This document shows positions 51,370 to 61,342 of a stretch of 61,342 nt of DNA, piece by piece. The position numbers were made by a program, and so were the translations under genes. The stretch lies in NCBI GenBank assembly GCA_011109175.1, contig RDEW01000016.1, forward strand, positions 858,367-919,708. The letters are read 5' to 3'. Source of the stretch: Dicyema japonicum (Eukaryota > Animalia > Dicyemida). The notes beneath the pieces are model-generated. The model was not told the origin of the DNA. It did not search any database and worked only from the letters and a program-made list of their open reading frames with translations. How positions within the stretch are numbered: position 1 is the first letter of the stretch; each line of letters opens with the position of its first letter.

Positions 51370-51790
51370 GGTTGAGTAATAAGCCACTACTTCATACATG
51401 TAATAGATGATTTCCAGTCAAACCTTGACGCAAAAACCATTATTTCACGAAAATATAGTCCGGGAAACCACTAAAGTGTTGTGTCAATAGCCAGTAGTGT
51501 CCAAACGTGGGGTCAAGTGGGTCCAGGGGCTTTGAGACATAAACAACTACTTTCACGTGGATCCAAGAAGTTCCAATCAAAACTGGAGCCACAAGACGAT
51601 AATTCCCACAGTTTATCCGGTGATTTCTAGTCAAGCCTTCAGCCAAAATCCACTACTTCACGAAAGTATGGTAAGGAGACCACTAATGCGTTGAGTCAAG
51701 TCGTGTCCAAACGTGTGGTCACGTGGTTCAAACATGTTTTGAACCATAAGCCACTACTTCGCGAATGTATTGTCCGGAAGAGTGTTAACA
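51370..51790. repeat. Degenerate tandem repeat (~105-bp subunits in a ~206-bp higher-order unit)
   Basis: ccactactt-like cores at ~51384, 51437, 51544, 51650, 51751; gtgtccaaacgtg at 51497 and 51703. Confidence 0.7.
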
Positions 51791-52959
51791 GTTAATAATA
51801 AATACCAGAGGAAATAGTCTCATCCTCTTGGAAGTTCAAAAACCGCGGAAAATGAAGAAAAAGTTGATTATTGTCAATATCTGACCCAACTCCTGGTAGG
51901 TAAACTGTTATGGAAACTCGAATGGCTCAAACCCGGAGTGTTTAGGCTCACTGAGGTTATAACCATTTTCAGAAAGCTAAGTCACATCAAAATCAACCAA
52001 ATTGTCAGGAAATGACTTTCAAAAAACAGAAACTGCTGGTTTCTTAGCTGATGAGGGAAATTAAATTGATCATAAATGATACCATAAACATGGGGATTTT
52101 TATCACTTTTCTGTGAGTGAATCATCCACGGCTCGTTTATTCCCTTTCTCAGTGAGTGAATCATCCACGGCTCGTTTAAGTTGACATATTTACCTGATTT
52201 CTTCCGTATTCTAGACATGTCAGAACTCTCTTGAGTCTCTTTTTTATTTGTATCAATCGATTTCTTCTTTTAAGTGACAGATCCGTCAGTTTGTTCGTCT
52301 TCTTTAGACACAGATTTCTGTCACATCGAATATGAGAGCTATCAAAATTTCTAACGTGCTGTACTCGTAGACTTGACGGGATTTATCAGATTGAGTCACA
52401 AAGGCACCGGGATTTTCCGCCTCAAATTCAGAAAGGAGGGGACAAAGGAATTTATATGAACATGTGGATGCTACTTCTCCTTATGTTCTTGGAAACCATT
52501 GCTTTAGTTAAATCCGACTAGATCTTCCTAAATTGTGTAACAACCTGCCTTTATGGGTATATGATAACGACCTTTATGAATTTGTAAAGGAATTAGCCTC
52601 ATCTACCACGAGCTTATGCCATTTCTACAAGCCAGATGGAGACTTCCTTTTGTATAGGTTCTAGTTGGATCAAAGGCGGAGGCTACTTCACTTGTCCAAC
52701 ATTGTTTTAACATTTCTCACGTACCATTAAATTCGAATAGTACAGAAGACACCCACATAGGTGTTTCAACTGCCAATCTGCTTCTGTAAGAATACAAGAT
52801 GTCTCACTTGAGGAGAACACGATCTGTCTGCGTGTGAGAGATTCCTGGGAACACAATTAATAGCATAAATTGTGGCTCGTCCTCACATTGTGATAGATAT
52901 GATGGATGTCCATTCGCCAAAAAGTCTGATCATAGGAGAGTAGGGTAAAACGATGGACA

Positions 52960-53450
52960 GGTGATAATAAGCGATATTGGGAGAACGTGGACAGCAAAGA
53001 CAGTTACGTCAAAGACGGCACTAAAAATTTGTCGAAAATCGAATGAAGTCCCACCCAATCTATCAGAGAAGGTATATACGGAAATATCGAAGATTATGTC
53101 ACAGCTTAACTATCTGTCCGCGAATACACAGATGGATTTAATAGAGATAGTAAGCTTGGATTTGAAGAACAAGTTCACCAAAATGTTGAAACAAAGATTA
53201 AAAATAGTTCTAGTAAATGCTTGATCCCTAAGGAAAAGGCATAATGAACTAGTATTACTTTCTAGTGCCTCCAAGACCGACATCTTGGTGGTCAATGAGA
53301 TGAAATAAAGAAATCGAAGTGTATAAATTGACGGGATACAATTCCGTGGACGTTCTATGGAAGGCTTGAGCAGTTTCTGTAGGGGAAGGTATATTATCTA
53401 CCACGACTGCCTCAGAATTCGTAATCCAAAAGTCCTTTGTCATTTATTGT
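52960..53450 (+). mobile_element. LINE ORF1 end and APE start remnant
   Basis: LKIVLVNA*SLRKRHNEL...YKLTGY (APE N-terminus). Confidence 0.55.
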
Positions 53451-53728
53451 GTGATTTTGTTTCAGGGTGTTGATCCGTGGTTTGACACCGGATAACAAAA
53501 GAAGTTATGGCAATACATTTAAATACTCCGACAAGGAATATTCTTAAGAAATTTGGACGCTTGACTTTCTCAAAGACAATTGTGTTCATATAATTGAATT
53601 CCTTGAATATCTTGAGAAAGAACTAAGTTACAATTATATGGACAGGGATCAAAACTAAATAAATTAATTGGGATAATGCTCACGTCATTCATAAATCTAA
53701 GGAAACCTATCCGTTCTTTACAACCCAC

Positions 53729-54481
53729 NNNNNNNNNNNNNNNNNNNNNNNNNNNNNNNNNNNNNNNNNNNNNNNNNNNNNNNNNNNNNNNNNNNNNNNN
53801 NNNNNNNNNNNNNNNNNNNNNNNNNNNNNNNNNNNNNNNNNNNNNNNNNNNNNNNNNNNNNNNNNNNNNNNNNNNNNNNNNNNNNNNNNNNNNNNNNNNN
53901 NNNNNNNNNNNNNNNNNNNNNNNNNNNNNNNNNNNNNNNNNNNNNNNNNNNNNNNNNNNNNNNNNNNNNNNNNNNNNNNNNNNNNNNNNNNNNNNNNNNN
54001 NNNNNNNNNNNNNNNNNNNNNNNNNNNNNNNNNNNNNNNNNNNNNNNNNNNNNNNNNNNNNNNNNNNNNNNNNNNNNNNNNNNNNNNNNNNNNNNNNNNN
54101 NNNNNNNNNNNNNNNNNNNNNNNNNNNNNNNNNNNNNNNNNNNNNNNNNNNNNNNNNNNNNNNNNNNNNNNNNNNNNNNNNNNNNNNNNNNNNNNNNNNN
54201 NNNNNNNNNNNNNNNNNNNNNNNNNNNNNNNNNNNNNNNNNNNNNNNNNNNNNNNNNNNNNNNNNNNNNNNNNNNNNNNNNNNNNNNNNNNNNNNNNNNN
54301 NNNNNNNNNNNNNNNNNNNNNNNNNNNNNNNNNNNNNNNNNNNNNNNNNNNNNNNNNNNNNNNNNNNNNNNNNNNNNNNNNNNNNNNNNNNNNNNNNNNN
54401 NNNNNNNNNNNNNNNNNNNNNNNNNNNNNNNNNNNNNNNNNNNNNNNNNNNNNNNNNNNNNNNNNNNNNNNNNNNNNNNNN
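53729..54481. other. Assembly gap
   Basis: N run; ORF 53676-54485 is an artefact of it. Confidence 1.
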
Positions 54482-56639
54482 ATAATGTTTAATTACAGGT
54501 CAATTTGCGCGAAAATAAAATTTTAAGTGAATCTGAAGAGAGGCTACGCACATTGACACTTCAGAAGTTGACTCACAATAACCAATCTTCTTGTTGTCTA
54601 TCTGGAAGCTGCTCTTCGTAATCTGAGAGCTAAAAATTGTCCTACTTCTATCTAGGAATTAAATATGCGGATGACCTAAATTTTGGTTTTGAAGTATGAT
54701 GATATCTAATTCTTTTTCAAACAATAGTACTGCAGGATAATTGAAATTATTTTTTTCAGACAAGAGTACTGCAATGTAATATAGTTGGTCTAATTTTGGA
54801 GGATTATACGTGATGCTAACACAGCAGTATGAAGTAGTTAGCCTGAGTATGATGGGAGAATCTTTTGCCTCTTTTAGAGTCAAATAGATGATATTGTTCT
54901 AAGTAACGAATTATCATCATTCGCACTCTCGAATTGGTTTTATGTGAAATATTAAAAGTGATCGCTTGATGACAAAATAATTTTATTGTGCTATTTTGGC
55001 TACAGATTGATCTATCAGGACCAAAAGCTTTTCACCATCCGATGTTCTTTTCTATTTAAAAGTAAAAATAGGTCATATTTCTCCTTGACAGTAAAATTAG
55101 GTCATTGTGCTATTTTGGCTACAGATTGATCTATCAGGACCAAAAGCTTTTCACCATCCGATGTTCTTTTCTATTTAAAAGTAAAAATAGGTCATATTTC
55201 TCCTTGACAGTAAAATTAGGTCAACCGTTAAAGTAATTTTAACTATATTTGATGACTATATATGCGATTAGTATCCTTACTATTATTCGCAACCAAATGT
55301 GGATGCCATGGTTTATACTGACCTTACCCCTCACTCTTATTTCTGGATCTGTGGACGTTAAGGAGGATATTTCCTTAATGATCTAAATGACCGAATTAAT
55401 CTGAAATTTCTTTAAGATATGATTTAGAAAAAGAAAGAGATTCTTGAGAGTATTATGATGCTAGAAGGTCTGCATCAAGATGACTAGAAATTATTCAACA
55501 AATGCTTGTTTGAATGTATATTCATGTGATAAAATTAGGAACCTTCTGACGACGAAGCAGTGAGAATAGCTGCCTCGCTCTGTCTTAATTTTAATTTTCT
55601 GTTAAATGAAAATATCCTCGAGGACGGTGGATCGATGATTATCATCTTTTAATCTGATTTATGGCTGTTCCCATACATGATATCACAACTTGACATTAAA
55701 AATGCACTTTCTATGTTGGCCACAACTAGTTTCTTTTTTGCGATGACAACGCCCCGAAGGGATAACAATATTCCCATTCGATAATGGTGGAAACATGGTT
55801 TGGTGCGTTACACGTGTTAAAAACATTCTCTAACAAATTTGGCTGATATTCAGTTTATGACGACGAAGATCATTAATATCGCCTAGGATCTCGTGGGACT
55901 GATTGTTTCGAGATCGTATTTTGCAAGGTAAAATACCTGGCTATTGAAGTCGCTCAATATAATAATTAATTTTACTAATTGAAGTTATGATTTGCTAAAA
56001 TGCCGACAATTAAAAATTCATGGGACCATGCTGCAGGAAGATTCCTTTATCTCGTAAACTTGATGCGTTCGGTTAACTCATGATTCTAATAATGAACATA
56101 AAATCTATGTTGATTTTTGTCATATTTCTATCAGCCTTGAAGTTGGGTTCGCTAGATGGTTCGAAATACAGTACAAGGGAAAGTTAACTATTTTTATGTT
56201 TTCTCGGAAGTGTTTTTAATAATATTAATAAACTTTATTACATAACGTTAACATTGTTCCTTGTGTCGTGCGCTTAATATTTTTATATCTTTTATTATCT
56301 TAATAATATTTGTTTATATTAATATTTCTTCTTTATTGAAAGTGCAAAAATAATCAAACCTTTATCAACTAAATCTTAGATTCATCAATTCATTATGATG
56401 CTTTTAACTATGAAAAAATTATCTAATGTATATTTATACTTTTTCTAATGGAATTGATTATTTTTCTTAAAGACATTCAATATTCTTTTCTGTCGATTGA
56501 TTTTGTGTGATTTTTATTTTTTGCTGAAATCGATCATATTTTCTGGTAACATTAAGTATTCTAACTTCTCGCGGATCATCTTGGGGTGGTACAAGCGACG
56601 CGAAGGATAATACTTTTTTTTATTTCGAATGTTAATTGC

Positions 56640-57250
56640 TTAGAAAATTGAGATGGTGACGTACCTTGATTGCACAGAATATACAATAGCTTCATGACTG
56701 ATAAATAGCATTGTCTTTTTCCTCATCAGAATAGATAAAAAAACAAAGCCATAAGACATCAAAAACCCAATGTGTTGAATTAAGGAAGTGTTGGAAACAT
56801 CTAGTATTTGGATTAAATTCATTCGGGGCTTAATTAAATTAATTTAGACCACCAAATGACAAGAGGGTAAACGACACCCAGAAAGAAGCATTGGACGAAT
56901 TTGACAAATTTCGGATGTTCTACAGCAGCAAAAGGAGTGTTACTGGAATATATGTATCTAGCGAGTTGCATATCGATCAAATTTTTCTTCGATGACGTTG
57001 TCGTAGTAATGAAATTGATTAAAGACTGGTCCCTCAGTTTTGGGAGGGTGTCGCAAATCACTTTCAATTTCGACGGATTTTGTGGGATATCAACATTAGT
57101 TCGACATTACAAATGATGCTGCTTCATCCGAGATACGAGACCTTGTACCTCCGTCCCGAAATTACGGCAAGGCATCACGCTTTTTTCTAGACATAAAGAA
57201 TATTTTATAAAAGACAAGTATTCATCAGTCAGCCTTGTTTTCTGAGAAAA
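56640..57250 (-). mobile_element. hAT transposase remnant (BED finger plus DUF659-associated N-terminal region)
   Basis: CRNFGTEVQGLVSRMKQHH.C and IDMQLARYIYSSNTPFAAVEHPKF. Confidence 0.8.
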
Positions 57251-57739
57251 TTTAGTTGATTTCATAAAGGAAAACATGTCAACACATAGGTTAAACCGAA
57301 CATTGCCATAATCATCTTTGAAATCTTTCTGAAGTTTGTAAACTATCCGGGAATCTATAATTAGAAGCCAGATATCCACATTTCGAGGTATTTTGCTTCG
57401 AGTTTAAAATCAGACTGAATTTCTAACAGTTCCATCGTAACGCACGCACCTTGTAGGACAGTATCTCTGTTCTGAATCCATTGACCTACAATAATATCGG
57501 GTAGTGGTCTGAAGCAAGGTCATACAACACTAGCCAGGACGTCTAGAGAGCGATGTTCGGAGCAAATGGAGAGATTGGGGGATGTGTTAGATTTGTCTTA
57601 TCGTACGCTATACGTGTGATGTGTTGGAGATGGTCATTTAGGACTACGAAGCTTTCAATCTCCGACGAAAACTTCTCCTCTAGTTTATACAGTTTATCAT
57701 CAGAAGACCATAGAGGAATTTGTCATTAAAATACAGAAC

Positions 57740-58372
57740 ATGATTATGTTCTTCAGGAACGAGATGATATACGCGGATGACATCTTAATTCTGGATTCGT
57801 CTTTGAGGGCATACCTCTTAGAGCGGCGACTAGGAGCTTTTGTCGACAAAGTCCAGGATTGGTATGATCGGAGAACCCTGAGACTCTCTACGGAAAAATC
57901 CAGTTACCTACGGATAAGCAAGCTGGGTAGGTACCACGAAGAGCCATACACTTTTTGCATACCGAGAGTTTAATCCCTGAAATACCTAAGGATTGCAGTA
58001 GATCACAAAGGATCATACCTGAAGGACATCGAAAAGCGAAAGGAGAAGGCTGTGCAAGCACTGTTCTGCACTAGAAGCCTAAAGTTGGATGGTGATACCA
58101 TGCTCTTTGTTATTCGGAATGTGATTCTTCCAAGACATATTTACGGAAACGAGGTATGGTTCTACAGCCTTTCAAAAAAGAAGATTCTTCCTCAACTAGA
58201 AAAAACAAGGCGAGCGGCGATCAAGCTATCTCTTGGAAAGAAATTGTACGAAGGCCTGACTAAGGAAAAGAACATACTTGTTAAGACAATCAGAGAAGAT
58301 ATTCAAATCATGATGTGTAGTTTCCGAGACAAGCAGATCGATGGTTGTCATGGAAAAGGAGTACCGGGATAA
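57740..58372 (+). mobile_element. LINE RT C-terminal half, same family as 6-623
   Basis: IYADDILI...QDW.....L.LSTEKS.YLRI, LKYL.I.VD, NVILPRHIYGNEVW; aligns with the 6-623 translation. Confidence 0.88.
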
Positions 58373-58389
58373 ACAGTCAAGGCCAACTG

Positions 58390-58790
58390 GCGGACTGGTA
58401 ATATTTATTCCGTAACTTGTTGTTGTTAATTGTTACGCACGTTGTTGATTGTTATCACCATCGAGATTACTTCCATATTTGCATAAAATAAAAATGTGGA
58501 GCGTGTTGATTCGGTTGTGTTAGTGAAGGGGATACATTCACAAATAGGTGTGATAACCCCTCTTTCATTTGTTCCATTATGACCGTCGATACGAATGGAT
58601 GAGTATCCATTGAATTGAGGAGTAGGACGTTGTGGTGGCAATCGAGTTTCCTGAATTAATGCAAAGTCCACGTCGTGAGAAAATATGAATTCCTTCGTTT
58701 TCGAGTGATCACGTTAATGTTTTCTGTAGAATAGTAGGGCATTCCGATATGCTCAGGTTAGTTTTGACGTTTACCGAGAAGGCAAGAGAC
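58390..58790 (-). mobile_element. LINE 5' remnant: decayed 2A-like motif and APE N-terminus
   Basis: ILQ..NIN (58711-58732), DFALIQETRL...FNGYSSIRID...RGVIT.I; SVNVKTNLS upstream. Confidence 0.8.
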
Positions 58791-59204
58791 TAGTGAATGG
58801 GTTTGAGCGCCCCAGAGAACTGACAAAAGGATCCCGTTGAGGAGTAGATCGCAAAAATATTGCTTATGTAAATGTTTCCAAAATAAAAATGTCTAAATAA
58901 AATAATAAGTAAAATTTTAATTAAATATTATATAAAAAATTAATTTAATTAAAAAAATAATAAAATTCAACGCTGAGTTGAGAGTTTGTTCATTGGTAAA
59001 TTTTTTTGAGAATAACTATTTTTAGAAAAAAAACTAGACAACAGTATGATCCAACATGAATGTGGGTAAATTTTAATATGATAGCGTGAAGCAATTTTAC
59101 AGCAGTCATATAAGACACATATCTTGCTCATACACTTAATTATACTGGATGATGTAACAAAACAATTATTACTTGAACAAATTTGTTAATTTTATTGTTT
59201 AGAC

Positions 59205-59280
59205 CAGGGGTTCTCAACCTTTATTAACTCGTCGACCCCTTGACTTTTTTTTCGACCCCCTAATATTTAATCGACCCCTT
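59205..59280 (+). mobile_element. Solo left end of a hAT/MITE
   Basis: CAGGGGTTCTCAACCTT preceded by gttTAgac (Buster-type nnnTAnnn target); subterminal TCGACCCC three times. No partner TIR found. Confidence 0.7.
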
Positions 59281-59854
59281 AAAGCTTTTTTATTTAGAAC
59301 AGACAACTCTAAGTAAAATTAGTTAACTATCTAAAATGAATTCATTNCATAAGCTTCTAATAAATATTTTATGTCACAGTTTACGCAAGCAAACGTGCCA
59401 TCCAACCATTGTTCCCACTGCCGAACGGTAGTGCCTTCACTAATCTTTGCAGAGTAAGCCGATTGCGTGAAACATTGAGAAGCCGAGTAGATGTCCATCT
59501 TCCTCGTAAATAAGGACAAATCCGGAACCACATATACGAGTTGTAGATTCCATCTGCAAGGGAGGTAATTATGTTCAACACTTTGGACCCAGCATACGTA
59601 TTGTTTTTCATTGCAGTATGTTTAGTTTGTGGATAGTGGCCTCTGATAGCGCTATCTCCTCGCAACAGAAGCATATTCAATGTCCGGTGCGATTATTATT
59701 ATAAGCAACATGCTTAAAATCGTAATAGTTATAATTTCACTCGTGCGTCAATCTTCCGAACCAACTTCTTCCAACTCTTTGATCGTGAGACAATAGTTTC
59801 CTCAATTCGTCTAAATTGTCTCCACTTCTTAGACTTATTTCACAAGCTTTAGAT

Positions 59855-60830
59855 CTACATAAAGTGTTTTTGGGAGTGTAATATGCCTGCAACACGGTAA
59901 CACGGTCCCTGTGCGATTGTATGAAGATATATAATTCCGATTGCTTTATTTATATTTACTGGGGTCTTCTGTATAAGAACCCGTGTGATATTTATTTTCT
60001 GCACTTCTTTTGAGGACTTGTTTGGCATGGTAGGTAAAATTAAGCTGCTTTTTGTAAGTCCAGGATTGAGAATATTCTTTTGACAGATACGAGTATGTCC
60101 AATGACGATTTCTAGTCCTTCTTTGGACCGACGATCTGAGGTGAATAGAGTGCATGTTAATTTTGGAGTCGATACGGAGAAATTGTTTTCTATCAACCTA
60201 TCGTGGACACAATCGACTTTTTTCTGTGTGAGTGAGATGACAGATCCGAGTATGTCCAATGACGATTTCTAGTCCTTCTTTGGACCGACGATCTGAGGTG
60301 AATAGAGTGCATGTTAATTTTGGAGTCGATACGGAGAAATTTTTTTCTATCAACCTATCGTGGACACAATCGACTTTTTTCTGTGTTAGTAAGAGCTTCT
60401 GATGTTGAACTGCTTCTGATGTCAAACTGTTTCTTGTTGCAATGCTATCATCATAAGAAAGCAGTAGGAAGTCCTTGTCAATGTCTGCTTACAAATCGTG
60501 GAGGAAAAAGGTTGAATAGATTAGGGGACAAAGGAAAACCTTGGGGCACTCTGTTTGGTAGTATTCGTAATCGTCATTGAGGTGGCCACAGAAAACTCTC
60601 CCACTTCTTCTAGGTAAAGCCAGCCATAGCTTCAAGTAAGGCCGAATTTTTGAATCAAAGATTTTTCTAATTAAATGCATCATTGGTATCGAGTCAAACG
60701 CCTTGTCGATGTCGATCGAGACCATTGTTGTCCGCATTTGCTTTTTACTTATGTGGGAGTCCCAGAAGACTACCCAGTTCCGCAGTGACGAATAACTGAT
60801 GGCGGCTGAGACTGTTCTATCATCTAACAA
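59855..60830 (-). mobile_element. LINE RT remnant with an internal ~190-bp duplication
   Basis: VSIDIDKAFDSI, GVPQGFPLSPNLFNLFLHDL across a frameshift, FSVSTPKLTCTLFT. Confidence 0.85.
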
Positions 60831-61342
60831 TACATCTCCATTTTTATGATGAACTACCAGGTGATGTAAAGTTTTTTTCTCTCGACACTCTTGAACTCTC
60901 GGACACTATTCTCACGAAAGGTCGGTTACCTAATCTAACACGTTCTATCAACATTCGCGAGTGCTGATGTCTATTCAAGTGGATTGCATCTTATTTCAGA
61001 TGGGGAATATCCACGCAGTTGGAATGTACTAACAAATATATTTTTTTAGTGATTGGCAAAGATTTTTTGTCGTATTTTAATTTTTATTTTCAAAAATGCC
61101 GCTAGAAAGATGACGACAGGGGATACAACCTGATAATGTTCCACGTAGTGATTACACGAATAAAACAGCCTGAATGTCTAGAAACCTTGATAAAAAATTG
61201 TATACAAGAAACACAATGAGTGTTGAGACGAGCTAATAAAAATACTAAAGACGGCCGTTGGACGGTCAGAATAAATCTTTAAAATTTTTGATTTTAAACA
61301 AAAAAATTCCACCACCAGTTTTCGTATGTATGGTATTCCATT

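Noticed and set aside
52395-52425. EAENPGA as another 2A motif
   Set aside because: Spacing does not fit DxExNPGP and no APE follows.
59331-59680. MULE-like (WLDGTF) or Harbinger-like (GDSA, LADGIY) transposase motifs
   Set aside because: The motifs sit in different frames with wrong spacing and have no supporting context.
1-61342. CRISPR arrays, prokaryotic operons or defence systems
   Set aside because: No regular repeat-spacer arrays; all genes are spliceosomal-intron eukaryotic genes.

Overview
Eukaryotic, very AT-rich draft scaffold with intron-dense genes. The introns are mostly 22-32 nt. Headcase and an SLC6 amino-acid transporter indicate a metazoan, and the micro-introns and trimmed proteins suggest a reduced parasite such as a myxozoan or dicyemid (inference only). 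Five host genes can be rebuilt by hand-splicing: a GH35 beta-galactosidase (-, 3338-4936, damaged C-terminus), a minimal headcase (+, 8675-9480), an SLC6 transporter (-, 14027-16201), NOP2 (-, 21607-23591) and HEATR1/UTP10 (+, 30198 to a scaffold join at 37005). The rest, especially 37-61 kb, is mostly decayed mobile elements: APE-type LINEs, CRE-type and R4-like RLE retrotransposons, a tRNA-derived SINE family and several hAT elements. The most notable observations are (i) decayed 2A/StopGo-like motifs directly upstream of the APE domain in three LINE relics, which also share a 5' motif that may be an HDV-like ribozyme remnant; (ii) non-canonical micro-introns (one GT-TG in NOP2, two GC-AG in SLC6) and signs of length-based 3' splice-site choice; (iii) domain trimming in headcase and the beta-galactosidase. 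Many near-identical tandem duplications next to single Ns look like uncollapsed haplotypes and should not be read as biology. No prokaryotic systems or CRISPR arrays are present. All homology calls come from motif recognition, not from searches.
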